Part shown: in pieces, positions 8,845-20,412 of the stretch
Layout of the letters: each line of letters opens with the position of its first letter
How positions within the stretch are numbered: the stretch's first letter is position 1
Assembly (NCBI GenBank): GCA_049322255.1
Contig: JBMORE010000183.1
Span: 1 to 53,477 of the forward strand
Source of the DNA: Myxococcota bacterium
Lineage (GTDB): Bacteria > Myxococcota > Myxococcia > Myxococcales > Myxococcaceae
DNA length: 53,477 bases
Direction of reading: 5' to 3'
The notes under the pieces: generated by a model
The model's database searches: none
Seen by the model: the letters and a program-made list of their open reading frames with translations, nothing else
Told to the model about the DNA's origin: nothing
Made by a program: the position numbers and the translations under genes

Positions 8845-10890
8845 ATGCGCGACTTGAAGAGCACCCGCCTTCCGTCCACCGGCCGCTGGCTGCGCTTACG
8901 GGTGGCGCTCATCGGAATCGCCTTCCTCCTCCTCTTGGGGAGCGTCTTGGCCCGCGCGGTGACGCTCCAGGTGTTCGAGCGCGACAAGCTCAAGAAGTTC
9001 GCCCAGGACCAGTACCTGCGTCACATCGAGATTCCCGCGCGGCGGGGAGACATCTTCGATCGCAAAGGGGCGCCGCTGGCCCAGAGCGTGGAGGTGGACT
9101 CCATCTGGCTCGACCCCTCGCAGGTAGACGACTTGACGGCGGCCTCGAGGAAGTTGGCCGCCGCGGTGCACGCCGACGTGGGCGAGCTTCACGCCCGGGT
9201 GTCGAAGGGAAAGAAGTTCGTCTGGGTGAAGCGGCAGGCCACTTCTTCCGAGGTGGCGGCGGTGAAGGCGCTGGCGCTGAGCGGCATCGGCTTTGCCAAG
9301 GAGCCGCGCCGCTTCTATCCCCAGCGGGAGCTGGCGGCCCATGTCATCGGGGTGGTGGGCACCGACGGGCACGGGCTCGACGGCCTGGAGCTGGCCTTCG
9401 AGGACGAGCTGTCCGGCCAGAGCGCGCGCCTGGCTGGGCTGCGCGACGCCAAAGGCCGAAAGCTCCTCACCGCCGAGGTGGGCGATGCGCGCGCGCAACG
9501 CGGAGCCTCGGTGGTGCTCACCCTCGATGGGCACCTGCAGCACCTGGCGGAGAAGGCGCTCACCCGTGCCGCCGAGGAGTCGCGCGCCGCCGGTGGGGTG
9601 GTGGTAGTGCTCGACCCGCACACCGGCGAGCTGCTTGCGCTGGCCAACTACCCGCGTTTCAACCCCAACGCCCCCGCGGGCGTCACCCACGACCACATGC
9701 GCAACCGCGCCGCGCTCGATACCTTCGAGCCGGGCTCGACCTTCAAGGCCTTCGTGGTCGCCGCCGCGCTGGAGGAGAAGGTGATTTCCCTCCATGAAAC
9801 CTTCTTCTGCGAGAACGGCCGCTGGAACCTCGGACGTCACACCATCAACGACACCCACCCCTACGGGGAGCTCACCGCGGCGCGCGTGCTGCAAGTTTCC
9901 TCGAACATCTGCGCGGCGAAGATTGCCCAGAAGCTGGGGCGGGAGCGGCTGGTCGACGCGTACGCTCGCTTCGGCTTCGGGGAGCGGGTGGGGCTGGCGC
10001 TTCCGGGGGAGGGGAAGGGGGTCATCCCGTTTCCCAAGGCCGAGGTGGCGCTGGCCACTCAGGCCTTCGGTCAAGGGCTGACCGCCACCGCGGTGCAGCT
10101 GGCGGCAGGTTACGGGGCGCTCGCCAACGGCGGAGTGTTGATGCGGCCGCACCTGGTTTCCCGGGTGGTCGATTCCGACGGGCTGGTGCTCCTCGACCAG
10201 CGGCCCGCCGAGGTGCGGCGGGTGGTGTCGGAGCGCACCGCGAAGGCCGTGGTCTCGATGCTCGAGGCAGTGGTGACCCGCGAAGGCACCGCTCCCCAGG
10301 CATACCTGGCGGAGTACCGGGTGGCGGGCAAGACCGGGACTGCGCAAAAGGCCGACCCGGTGGCGCGCGGGTACTCGGACAAGCGCATCGCCTCTTTCGT
10401 GGGCATCGTTCCCGCCAACGACCCGCGTCTGGTGGTGCTGGTGGTCATCGACGAGCCGAAGACCGACGTCTACGGCGGCCTGGTGGCTGCGCCTGCTTTC
10501 AAGGAAATCGCCGCGGCGGCGATGCCTTATTTAGGGGTCCCCCCTCTCCCTCTGGGAGAGGGCAAGGGTGAGGGGCGTCAATTACCACCCCTCACCCCAA
10601 CCCTCTCCCACAGGGAGAGGGAGAGGGAGAGGGGGAGCCCGCTGGCCGACGCCTTCGCCAAGGTCGAGGCGATGGAGGCGGTCACCGAGCGCACGGAAGA
10701 GGGCAGTGTCCGGGTGCCGGATCTTTCTGGCCTTGGCGCTCGCCCTGCGGTCAGCAAGCTGCTAGCCGTGGCCCTGGAGCCTCGCCTGTCAGGGTCGGGG
10801 CGGGTGGTCGGACAGACTCCCCTGCCGGGCAGCCTTGTGGGAAAAGGGGCTCGTGTAACGGTGGAGTTGGCAGGGGCTTTGCCCCCTTGA
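8845..10890 (+). CDS. ftsI: Class B penicillin-binding protein FtsI with C-terminal PASTA domain
   Basis: RGDIFDR, EPGSTFK (SxxK), SSN and KTGT motifs; VPDLSG PASTA; repeat-derived insertion in the linker. Confidence 0.95.
   Translation: MRDLKSTRLPSTGRWLRLRVALIGIAFLLLLGSVLARAVTLQVFERDKLKKFAQDQYLRHIEIPARRGDIFDRKGAPLAQSVEVDSIWLDPSQVDDLTAASRKLAAAVHADVGELHARVSKGKKFVWVKRQATSSEVAAVKALALSGIGFAKEPRRFYPQRELAAHVIGVVGTDGHGLDGLELAFEDELSGQSARLAGLRDAKGRKLLTAEVGDARAQRGASVVLTLDGHLQHLAEKALTRAAEESRAAGGVVVVLDPHTGELLALANYPRFNPNAPAGVTHDHMRNRAALDTFEPGSTFKAFVVAAALEEKVISLHETFFCENGRWNLGRHTINDTHPYGELTAARVLQVSSNICAAKIAQKLGRERLVDAYARFGFGERVGLALPGEGKGVIPFPKAEVALATQAFGQGLTATAVQLAAGYGALANGGVLMRPHLVSRVVDSDGLVLLDQRPAEVRRVVSERTAKAVVSMLEAVVTREGTAPQAYLAEYRVAGKTGTAQKADPVARGYSDKRIASFVGIVPANDPRLVVLVVIDEPKTDVYGGLVAAPAFKEIAAAAMPYLGVPPLPLGEGKGEGRQLPPLTPTLSHRERERERGSPLADAFAKVEAMEAVTERTEEGSVRVPDLSGLGARPAVSKLLAVALEPRLSGSGRVVGQTPLPGSLVGKGARVTVELAGALPP
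10542..10621. repeat. Inverted doublet of the 34-bp palindromic element inside ftsI
   Basis: CCCTCTCCCtctGGGAGAGGGcaaGGGTGAGGGG (10542-10575), 12-nt spacer, then CCCCTCACCCcaaCCCTCTCCCacaGGGAGAGGG (10588-10621). Confidence 0.9.
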
Positions 10891-10897
10891 GGAGTCG

Positions 10898-12400
<1,503 letters not shown>

Positions 12401-12406
12401 TGTGCC

Positions 12407-13798
12407 GTGGCGGTTCGGTTCTCAGACGACCAGGTGATCAAGGCCCTCGGCGCCAAGCGGCTTCGCATCGGTGCGCGCGCCTCTTACGTCTCGGTCTCCA
12501 CCGACACCCGCCAGCTGGCCCCAGGGTCGCTCTTCGTCGCCCTGGTGGGAGAGCGCTACGACGCCCACGACTTTCTCCCCCAGGCGGCGCAGAAGGGTGC
12601 GGCGGGGGCGGTGGTGCAAAAGGGCAAGGCGCTGCCCGCGCTGCCCAACGACTTCGCCCTCTTCGAGGTGGAGGACACCTTACGCGCGCTGGGCGGGCTG
12701 GCTAGGTTTCATCGGTTGCGCTTCCAGCTGCCGGTGGGGGCGATCACCGGCTCGAACGGGAAGACCACCACGAAGGAGATGGCGGCTGCCATCCTCGCCA
12801 CCCGCGGTCCGGTGCTGAAGACCGAAGGAAACTTGAACAACGAGGTGGGAGTGCCGCTGACGTTGTTCGGGCTGATTCCCTCTCAGGTGGGCGCGGTGGT
12901 GGAGATGGGCATGAATTCGCCGGGAGAGATTGCCCGTCTCACCGAAATCGCCCAGCCGGACGCTGGGCTGGTGACGGTGATTCAGCCGGCTCACCTGCAT
13001 GGGTTGGGCAGCATCGAAGGCGTCGCCGCCGCCAAGGGCGAGCTGTTCTTCGGCCTGCGCAAGGGCGCGGTGGCGGTGGTGAACGTCGATGACCCACGGG
13101 CGGTGGCGCAGGCGGCCAAGAGCGGCGCGCGCGCGCTCACCTTCGGTCGGGCGGACTCGGCGGAGGTGCAGCTGGTGCGCATCGAGCCTAAGGGGCGCGA
13201 GGGGATGTCCGTCGCCATTCGATACCAGGGCGAGGAGCGTACGATTCGCCTGGGCTTCGTCGGCGAGCACAACGCGCTCAACGCCGCGGGCGCCTTCGCG
13301 CTGGCGATCGCGCTGGGCTGGTCGGCCGAGGAGTGCGTGCGGGGGTTGGAGTCGGCCAAGCCGCACCAGCGTCGCCTCAACGTGCTGAAGGCGAGCGGCG
13401 GGGTGACGGTGCTCGACGACTGCTACAACGCCAACCCCGCGTCGATGGCGGCGGCGCTGCAAACGCTCGCCGGGCTGTCGAAAGAGGGGCGCGCGGTGGC
13501 GGTGCTGGGAGACATGCTCGAGCTGGGGCCCGAGGAAGCGGCGGAGCACCGCGTCCTGGGGAAGAAGGCAGCGGAAGTGGCGAAGCTCCTGGCCTTCTTC
13601 GGCGCGCGCTCGGCAGAAGGGCACCAGGCGGCGTCCTTGGGGGAGGCGGCGGCGCATTTTGCCGAGGTCGAGCCGCTGGTGGCCTGGCTGCGCGAGCGGC
13701 TGCGTCCCGGCGATGTGGTGCTGGTGAAGGGCAGCCGGGGAATGAAGCTCGAGCGGGTGGTTTCGGCGCTCACCGGCCAGATGGAGGAGGGGCACTAG
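12407..13798 (+). CDS. murF: UDP-N-acetylmuramoyl-pentapeptide ligase MurF
   Basis: GSNGKTTTKE, NLNNEVGVP, DCYNANP, LGDMLELG and VKGSRG motifs. Confidence 0.97.
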   Translation: MAVRFSDDQVIKALGAKRLRIGARASYVSVSTDTRQLAPGSLFVALVGERYDAHDFLPQAAQKGAAGAVVQKGKALPALPNDFALFEVEDTLRALGGLARFHRLRFQLPVGAITGSNGKTTTKEMAAAILATRGPVLKTEGNLNNEVGVPLTLFGLIPSQVGAVVEMGMNSPGEIARLTEIAQPDAGLVTVIQPAHLHGLGSIEGVAAAKGELFFGLRKGAVAVVNVDDPRAVAQAAKSGARALTFGRADSAEVQLVRIEPKGREGMSVAIRYQGEERTIRLGFVGEHNALNAAGAFALAIALGWSAEECVRGLESAKPHQRRLNVLKASGGVTVLDDCYNANPASMAAALQTLAGLSKEGRAVAVLGDMLELGPEEAAEHRVLGKKAAEVAKLLAFFGARSAEGHQAASLGEAAAHFAEVEPLVAWLRERLRPGDVVLVKGSRGMKLERVVSALTGQMEEGH

Positions 13799-14956
13799 AT
13801 GCTCTACCTCCTCTACGAGTGGCTGAAGGGCTCGCCCGAGGCGGCGCGCTGGCTCAACATTCTCAAGTACCCCACCTTCCGCATCGTGGCCGCCGGGGTG
13901 TTCGCCCTGGTGTTGGGGATGCTCGTGGGCCCCAAGCTTATCGACCGGCTGCGCTTTTCCCAGCACGGGCAGAGCAACGTCCGCGAGGACGTGCCCGACA
14001 CCCACCAGAAGAAGAAGGGCACCCCGACGATGGGGGGGGCGCTCATCCTCATGTGCATCGCGGCGGCGACGGTGGTTTTCGCCGACCTCTCTTCCCGGGT
14101 GGTGTGGGTGGCGTTGGTGCTCACCTTGGGCTACGGGTTCATCGGCTTTCTCGACGACTGGCTCAAGCTCTCCAAGCGCAACTCCAAAGGGCTGGCCGGC
14201 AAGAAGAAAATGTTCTTGCAGACGTTGTTTTATGGCGTCGCGGTGTTCGCCTTCCTCTGCGAATGGCAAGGGGGGTACCCCAGGCTGCTGCTCGACACCC
14301 ATCTGGCGCTGCCGTTCATCCCCACCCACTGGTTCAACCCGGACATGGGCTGGGCCTACGTGGCGTTCGGGTGGGTGGTGGTGGTGGGCACCTCCAATGC
14401 GGTGAACCTCACCGACGGGCTCGACGGGTTGGCGATCGTCCCCACCATCGTCGCCGCCACCACCTTCGCGGTGCTGTGCTACGTGGCCGGCACCACGCTG
14501 GCGGTCGCCGACTTCGAGCAGGGCCGGCTGGTGGGAACGCCGCTCTACCAGTACCTGGGAATTCCCAAAGTGGAGGGAGGCGCCGAGCTGGCGGTGTTCT
14601 GCGCGGCGATCGTCGGCGCGGGCATCTCCTTCCTCTGGTTCAACACCTACCCCGCCTCGGTCTTCATGGGCGACATCGGCTCGCTCGCGCTGGGAGGCGC
14701 GCTCGGCGGCTTGGCGGTGCTGTCGAAGAACGAGGTGGTGAGCGCCATCATCCACGGCGTGTTCCTCGTGGAGATTCTCTCGGTGATGGTCCAGGTGGCT
14801 TCCTTCAAGGCGACCGGCAAGCGCGTCTTCAAGATGGCGCCGGTGCACCACCACTTCGAGCTCAAAGGGGTGGCGGAGCCGAAAATCATCGTCCGCTTCT
14901 GGATCGTCTCCATTCTCTGCGGGGGAGTGGCCCTGCTCTCGCTCAAGCTGAGGTGA
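13799..14956 (+). CDS. mraY: Phospho-N-acetylmuramoyl-pentapeptide transferase MraY
   Basis: KKGTPTMGG, NAVNLTDGLDGL, FMGDIGSL and MAPVHHHFEL motifs. Confidence 0.98.
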   Translation: MLYLLYEWLKGSPEAARWLNILKYPTFRIVAAGVFALVLGMLVGPKLIDRLRFSQHGQSNVREDVPDTHQKKKGTPTMGGALILMCIAAATVVFADLSSRVVWVALVLTLGYGFIGFLDDWLKLSKRNSKGLAGKKKMFLQTLFYGVAVFAFLCEWQGGYPRLLLDTHLALPFIPTHWFNPDMGWAYVAFGWVVVVGTSNAVNLTDGLDGLAIVPTIVAATTFAVLCYVAGTTLAVADFEQGRLVGTPLYQYLGIPKVEGGAELAVFCAAIVGAGISFLWFNTYPASVFMGDIGSLALGGALGGLAVLSKNEVVSAIIHGVFLVEILSVMVQVASFKATGKRVFKMAPVHHHFELKGVAEPKIIVRFWIVSILCGGVALLSLKLR

Positions 14957-16386
14957 CGACTCTGGTGAGTGCCGCCGCGCGCATCGCTCCCCGCCGTTTC
15001 GAGCTCGCTTCGGACGTGCCGGGCCGAAGGCTCTTCGGCAAGCGAATGGTGGTGGTGGGGTTGGGCAAGAGCGGCCGCGCAGCGATGGAGCTGTGCCTTT
15101 CGGAAGGCGCACGGGTGCGGGCGGTGGACGAGCGAGCCGAGCAAGACTTCGCCGAGGCAGCTCTCTGGCGCGCCAAAGGCGTGGAGCTCGCCTTCGGGCC
15201 ACTGACGCCGGAGCGCTGGAAAGACGCCGACGCGCTGGTGGTGAGCCCGGGGGTGCCGCTCTCCCATGGCGCCTTCGCCGCCGTCGGCGTGCCGCTTTTC
15301 GGCGAGGTGGAGCTGGCGATGCGCTTTCTGCCGCAAGGCGGTGGACCGGTGATGGGCATCACCGGCACCAACGGCAAGAGCACCACCACCGCGCTCACCG
15401 GAGAGCTCTTCCGGCAGACGGGGAAGCAGGTCTTCGTCGGCGGCAACCTGGGCCGTCCGCTCGCCGAGGCGTGCGGGCAGCGGCACGAGGTGCACGTGGT
15501 GGAGCTGTCGAGCTTCCAACTCGAAGGCATCGTCGAGGCGCGCTTCAACGGCGCGGCGATTCTCAACCTCACCCCTGACCACCTCGACCGTTACCCGAGT
15601 CAAAAGATGTATGCCGAGGCGAAGGCGCGCATCTTCTTGAACCAGGCCCGAGGGGACTTCGCGGTGGTCAACGTCGGCGACGCTGCGGTCATGAAGCTGG
15701 TCGAGCGCGCCCAGGTGCCGGTCTACGGTTTCGGAGAAGGCACCTCACCCCTCCTCGCCGGCCACGCATTCCCTCTCCCTCTGGGAGAGGGGAAGGGTGA
15801 GGGGCGTCAGTTCCAGCTCGACTTCGGAGCCCACGAACGCTTCGTCGTGAAGAACCGCGCCCTGCGCGGCGCCCATAACTTGGAGAACGCGATGGCCGCG
15901 GCTCTGCTCGCGCGCCTGTCGGGGGTGAGCGCAAAGGAAATTCAGACCGGCCTCGACGCCTACCCCGGGCTGCCGCACCGGCTGGAGTCGGTGCGCATTC
16001 TCGACGGAGTGGAGTGGATAAACGACTCGAAGGCGACCAACGTCGACTCGTCCTTGGTGGCGCTGGCGGCGATCGACGCTCCGCTGTGGCTCATCGCGGG
16101 AGGCAAGGGCAAGGGCGCGCCCTACACCCCGCTGGTGGAGTCGGCGCGGGGGAAGGTGCGGGGCGTTTTGACCATCGGCGCCGACGCGGCGGCCATCGAG
16201 GCAGCCTTCCGCGCGTTTCCAGTGCACGCCTGCGGCACTCTCCAGACAGCCGTGCAGCGCGCGCGAGAGCTGGCGAAGAGCGGCGAGGTGGTGTTGCTCT
16301 CGCCCGCCTGCGCTTCCTACGATCAGTTCGACCACTTCGAGCACCGCGGAGACACCTTCAAGGCGCTGGTGGAGGGGCTCTCGTGA
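14953..16386 (+). CDS. murD: UDP-N-acetylmuramoyl-L-alanine--D-glutamate ligase MurD
   Basis: GLGKSG, GTNGKSTTT, ELSSFQLE, DHLDRY, NDSKATN and SPACASYDQF motifs; exact start uncertain. Confidence 0.96.
   Translation: MTTLVSAAARIAPRRFELASDVPGRRLFGKRMVVVGLGKSGRAAMELCLSEGARVRAVDERAEQDFAEAALWRAKGVELAFGPLTPERWKDADALVVSPGVPLSHGAFAAVGVPLFGEVELAMRFLPQGGGPVMGITGTNGKSTTTALTGELFRQTGKQVFVGGNLGRPLAEACGQRHEVHVVELSSFQLEGIVEARFNGAAILNLTPDHLDRYPSQKMYAEAKARIFLNQARGDFAVVNVGDAAVMKLVERAQVPVYGFGEGTSPLLAGHAFPLPLGEGKGEGRQFQLDFGAHERFVVKNRALRGAHNLENAMAAALLARLSGVSAKEIQTGLDAYPGLPHRLESVRILDGVEWINDSKATNVDSSLVALAAIDAPLWLIAGGKGKGAPYTPLVESARGKVRGVLTIGADAAAIEAAFRAFPVHACGTLQTAVQRARELAKSGEVVLLSPACASYDQFDHFEHRGDTFKALVEGLS
15771..15804. 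repeat. 34-bp palindromic element inside murD
   Basis: CCCTCTCCCtctGGGAGAGGGgaaGGGTGAGGGG, followed by CGTCA exactly as in ftsI. Confidence 0.9.
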
Positions 16387-17567
16387 AGAAGGGAGCCTCC
16401 TTTCGGCCGGGCCGGGCGCTCTCCTACGATCCGCTGCTTTTGGGCGCAGTGCTCGCCCTCCTCTCCCTCGGCCTGGTGATGGTCTACTCCGCCAGCGCCA
16501 TCACCGCCCACGACAAGCTCGGCGATGGCATGTACTTCCTCAAGCGCCAGCTGTTGGCGGCGACGTTCGGCTTCGGGGCGATGGGGGTGGCGCTCGTCTT
16601 GGGCTACCGGCGCATGGCACGGCTGGCGTACCCGTTGCTCCTCTTGTCCATCGTGCTCTTGGTGTTGGTGCTCATCCCCGGCGTGGGCACCAAGGTGGGT
16701 GGCGCCTACCGGTGGATTCGCTTCCCCTTCGTCTCCATTCAACCCGCGGAGGTCGCCAAGCTCGCTTGGGTCGTCTACCTCGCCTACTCCTTGGCGAAGA
16801 AGCGGGAGAAGGTGGCGACCTTCTCGGTGGGCTTTTTGCCCCACTTGGCCATCGCGGGGCTTCTGGTGCTGTTGTGCATGGCCGAGCCCGACTTCGGTAG
16901 CTCGGTGGCGGTGCTCTTCTTGATGTTCGTGTTGCTCTTCGCCGCCGGAGCCAAGCTGTCGTACCTGGTCGGCTCGGTGTTGCTCGCGCTGCCGTTCGCC
17001 TACCACGCCATCTCCAGCTCCCCCTACCGGATGAAGCGCATTCTCGCGTTCTTGGACCCTTGGGCTCACCGCCACGACGCCGGCTACCAGGTGGCGGAGT
17101 CGCTGATGTCCATCGGCTCGGGCGGCGTGCATGGCCTGGGGCTGGGCGACGGTCGGCAGAAGCTCTTTTTTCTTCCCGAGGCGCACACCGACTTCGTCTT
17201 CTCCATCATCGGGGAGGAGCTGGGCCTTTTCGGAGTGGCCTTCGTGGTGGGGCTGTACGCGGTCATCGTCTGGCGCGGGGTGAGGGCGTCGCTTGGCGCC
17301 TCCGAGCCCTTCGGCACCTACCTGGGGCTGGGCATCACCTCGCTCATTGCCTTCCAGGCGATCGTCAACATGGCGGTGGCAATGGGCATGCTGCCGACCA
17401 AGGGGCTGACGTTGCCCTTCGTGAGCTACGGCGGCTCGTCGCTCATCGTCCTCATGGGCGGAGCGGGACTTCTGCTTTCTGTCAGTGGGTCTGCGGTGCG
17501 GGGGAAGAATGCGCCCCTCACCCCGACCCTCTCCCAGGGGGAGAGGGAGAGGGAGGTGGCGGCGTGA
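16383..17567 (+). CDS. ftsW: SEDS peptidoglycan polymerase FtsW
   Basis: MVYSAS, QPAEVAK, EPDFG, LPEAHTDF, GEELG and LPFVSYGGSS motifs. Confidence 0.97.
   Translation: MKKGASFRPGRALSYDPLLLGAVLALLSLGLVMVYSASAITAHDKLGDGMYFLKRQLLAATFGFGAMGVALVLGYRRMARLAYPLLLLSIVLLVLVLIPGVGTKVGGAYRWIRFPFVSIQPAEVAKLAWVVYLAYSLAKKREKVATFSVGFLPHLAIAGLLVLLCMAEPDFGSSVAVLFLMFVLLFAAGAKLSYLVGSVLLALPFAYHAISSSPYRMKRILAFLDPWAHRHDAGYQVAESLMSIGSGGVHGLGLGDGRQKLFFLPEAHTDFVFSIIGEELGLFGVAFVVGLYAVIVWRGVRASLGASEPFGTYLGLGITSLIAFQAIVNMAVAMGMLPTKGLTLPFVSYGGSSLIVLMGGAGLLLSVSGSAVRGKNAPLTPTLSQGEREREVAA
17514..17547. repeat. 34-bp palindromic element at the 3' end of ftsW
   Basis: CCCCTCACCCcgaCCCTCTCCCaggGGGAGAGGG, encoding PLTPTLSQGER. 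Confidence 0.9.
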
Positions 17568-18709
17568 GGGTGCTCATCGCCGGCGGCGGTACGGGAGGAC
17601 ACCTGTTTCCGGGCATTGCCCTGGCGGAGGAGGTCTCCACCCGGCACCCGAAGAACGACGTGGTCTTCGTCGGCACCGAGCGCGGGTTGGAGGCGAGGGT
17701 GGTGCCCGCGGCCGGCTACAAGCTGGAGACGATTCGGGTGCGGGGCTTGAAGGGCATGGGACCACTGAAGCTGTTGTTGGGTCTCGTCGCGCTGCCGCTC
17801 GCCTTCGCCGAGTCCTGGCGCGTCTTGCGGCGGCACCGACCCGACGTGGTGGTGGGCGTGGGCGGTTACTCGTCGGGCCCGGTGGTGCTCGCGGCGTGGC
17901 TGCAGCGGGTGCCCACCGCGGTGCAGGAGCAGAACGCGCTCCCGGGTCTCACCAACCGTATCTTAGGGCGCATCGTGCGGGCGGTGTTCATCGCCTTCGA
18001 GGAGGCCCGTCGCTTCTTCCCGGCAAAGAAGACCCACCTCATCGGCAACCCGGTGCGGCGCAAGCTCCTCGACAATTACCTGCGCTCACACGTCGCGCAC
18101 GAGCGTTTCACCGTGCTGATCGTCGGCGGCTCGCTGGGCGCCAAGGGCGTCAACGCGCGCGTGCTCGAGGCGCTCGAGCATCTGGGTGACCTCAAGGAGT
18201 CGCTCCACTTCGTACACCAGACCGGCAAGGCCGACTTGGAGACGGTGAAGAAGGCGTACGCGCAGAGGGGTTTCTCCGCTCAGGTGGTCGAGTTCATCGA
18301 CGACATGTCGCAGGCCTACGCCCAGAGCGAGCTGGTGATCTGCCGCGCCGGCGCCACCACCCTCGCCGAGCTCACCGTGTGCCGCAAGGCGGCGATTCTC
18401 ATCCCGTTCCCTTACGCCACCGACGACCACCAGGCGGTGAACGCCAGCGCGATGGTGTCGGCGGGCGCTGCCTTGATGTTCCGCGAGCAGGACTTGAATG
18501 GCCCGGTGCTCGCCGAGCACATCCGCCAGCTGAAGTCCGACCCAGCGCGGTTACGCAAGATGGAGAAGATGGCCGGTCTTCTTGGGCGCCCGGAGGCGGC
18601 CAAGGAGCTGGCCGACGTCTGCGTGCAGATGATGGTCGACGCGTGGGGCCCGTCCGGCCGCGATCGCCCGGACAAGAAGAAGGCTCTGGCCGAAGGAGCG
18701 GTGAAGTGA
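17564..18709 (+). CDS. murG: Undecaprenyl-PP-MurNAc-pentapeptide GlcNAc transferase MurG
   Basis: [32 protein letters not shown] and RAGATT motifs. Confidence 0.97.
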   Translation: MRVLIAGGGTGGHLFPGIALAEEVSTRHPKNDVVFVGTERGLEARVVPAAGYKLETIRVRGLKGMGPLKLLLGLVALPLAFAESWRVLRRHRPDVVVGVGGYSSGPVVLAAWLQRVPTAVQEQNALPGLTNRILGRIVRAVFIAFEEARRFFPAKKTHLIGNPVRRKLLDNYLRSHVAHERFTVLIVGGSLGAKGVNARVLEALEHLGDLKESLHFVHQTGKADLETVKKAYAQRGFSAQVVEFIDDMSQAYAQSELVICRAGATTLAELTVCRKAAILIPFPYATDDHQAVNASAMVSAGAALMFREQDLNGPVLAEHIRQLKSDPARLRKMEKMAGLLGRPEAAKELADVCVQMMVDAWGPSGRDRPDKKKALAEGAVK

Positions 18710-20139
18710 GCGCGGCCAAGAAGCCTCCCAGCCTGTTCAAGACGAGGCACGCTGCCCAGGTGCACTTCGTGGGCATCGGCGGCATCGGGATGAGCGGCAT
18801 CGCCGAGGTGCTGCTCAACCTGGGCTACCGAGTGAGCGGCTCGGACCTCAAGGAGAGCGACCTCACCCGGCGGCTGGCCAAGTTGGGCGCGGCGATCGGT
18901 TACGGGCACAAGGCGGAGAATCTGGTGTCGGCGGACGTGGTGGTCATCTCCTCCGCGGTGCGGCGCGACAACCCCGAGGTGGTGGCGGCGCGGGCGCGCA
19001 AAATTCCCGTCGTTCCCCGCGCCGAGATGCTCGCCGAGCTGATGCGGCTCAAGTACGCGGTGGCGGTCGCCGGCTCGCACGGGAAGACCACCACCACCTC
19101 GATGGTCGCCACCGTGCTCTCCGCCGCGGGGTTGGACCCCACGGCGGTGGTGGGCGGCAAGGTCAACGTGCTCGACTCGAACGCCAAGCTCGGCAAGAGC
19201 GAGCTGATGGTGGTCGAGGCCGACGAGTCCGACGGGTCGTTCCTCAAGCTGCACCCGTCGATCGCCGTGGTCACCAACATCGACCCCGAGCACATGGACC
19301 ACTACCGCACCCTCGAGGCGCTCAAGGCGGCCTTCGCCGAGTTTTGCAACCGGGTGCCCTTCTACGGCCTCAACGTGCTCTGCCTCGACCACCCCAACGT
19401 GCAGGCGCTCTTGCCGCACGTGGAGAAGCGCGTCGTCACCTACGGCGTCGCCCACACCGCCGACTATCGGTTGGAGGGGGTGCAGCTGGAGGGCTTCTCC
19501 ACCCGCTTCCATGCCTTTTGCCGCGGGGAGCCGCTGGGCGAGTTCTCGGTGCGCATGGTGGGAGCGCACAATGCGCTCAACGCGCTGGCGGTGATTGCCG
19601 TCGCCGAGGAGATGCACGTCCCGCTGGACACCGTGCGCGCGGCGCTCGCCGATTTTGGCGGGGTGCAGCGGCGTTTCACCGTGAAGGGCGAGGCGGGGGG
19701 AATCACGGTGGTGGACGACTACGGGCACCACCCGGCGGAGGTGCGTGCCACTTTGGCCGGGGCGCGCAAGGCGTTTCATCGCCGGTTGGTGGTGGCTTTC
19801 CAGCCGCACCGCTACACCCGTACCCAGGACTTACTCGAAGAGTTCGTCACCTCGTTCAACGACGCCGACGTGCTCTTTCTCACCGGCATCTACGCCGCAG
19901 GGGAGGACCCCATCCCCGGCGTCAGCGGCAAGGGCCTCGCCGACGCCATCGTGTCGCATGGCCACCGGGACGTGACCTACGTGGAGAAGCGGGCCGACTT
20001 GGCGGCGGCCATCGTTCCGCGGCTCAAGGAGGGCGATCTGGTGGTGACCCTGGGCGCGGGGGACATCACCCAGGTGGGCCCCGAGCTGCTTTCGTCCCTC
20101 TCCCTGTGGGAGAGGGGAAGGGTGAGGGGAGATGGCTAG
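18706..20139 (+). CDS. murC: UDP-N-acetylmuramate--L-alanine ligase MurC
   Basis: [30 protein letters not shown] and FQPHRY motifs. Confidence 0.97.
   Translation: MSAAKKPPSLFKTRHAAQVHFVGIGGIGMSGIAEVLLNLGYRVSGSDLKESDLTRRLAKLGAAIGYGHKAENLVSADVVVISSAVRRDNPEVVAARARKIPVVPRAEMLAELMRLKYAVAVAGSHGKTTTTSMVATVLSAAGLDPTAVVGGKVNVLDSNAKLGKSELMVVEADESDGSFLKLHPSIAVVTNIDPEHMDHYRTLEALKAAFAEFCNRVPFYGLNVLCLDHPNVQALLPHVEKRVVTYGVAHTADYRLEGVQLEGFSTRFHAFCRGEPLGEFSVRMVGAHNALNALAVIAVAEEMHVPLDTVRAALADFGGVQRRFTVKGEAGGITVVDDYGHHPAEVRATLAGARKAFHRRLVVAFQPHRYTRTQDLLEEFVTSFNDADVLFLTGIYAAGEDPIPGVSGKGLADAIVSHGHRDVTYVEKRADLAAAIVPRLKEGDLVVTLGAGDITQVGPELLSSLSLWERGRVRGDG
20096..20129. repeat. 34-bp palindromic element at the 3' end of murC
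   Basis: CCCTCTCCCtgtGGGAGAGGGgaaGGGTGAGGGG, encoding [12 protein letters not shown]. Confidence 0.9.
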
Positions 20140-20156
20140 TCGAGCTCGTGGGGTAA

Positions 20157-20371
20157 GGCGAAACAGCCGGGAGCGGGAGCGGGAGCGGGAGCGTTCGCGG
20201 GAACGGGAACGGGAACGGGAACGGGATGGGGGACGGGTCACGTCCCACGCAACCGGGCACGTGCTGCGCGACCGCCGCCGTCAGCCGTACTCGTACTCGT
20301 ACCCGTACCCGTACCCGTACCCGATGCCCGCGAACGCTCCCGCTCCCGCTCCCGCTCCCGGTTTTTTCACC
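20157..20371. repeat. Hexamer-repeat foldback element in the murC-murB spacer
   Basis: Perfect 35-bp inverted arms at 20167-20201 and 20327-20361 built of (GGGAGC)n/(GCTCCC)n; inner (GGGAAC)n versus (GTACCC/GTACTC)n; imperfect outer extension. Confidence 0.9.
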
Positions 20372-20412
20372 GGTCGCTTGTGGCCAGGCGCGTCAGCGCG
20401 AGGCTTCGTTCG

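Noticed and set aside
13333..14952. Apparent 1017-aa MurD with a long N-terminal extension
   Set aside because: The extension overlaps murF and mraY in another frame; the real start is near 14953.
12680..15202. 840-aa minus-strand ORF, and similar long antisense or alternate-frame ORFs (22022-24364, 32803-34989, 3270-5786)
   Set aside because: Shadows of well-supported genes in high-GC DNA; no recognisable motifs.
20167..20361. Possible CRISPR array
   Set aside because: Tandem hexamers in inverted arrangement with no unique spacers and no cas genes.
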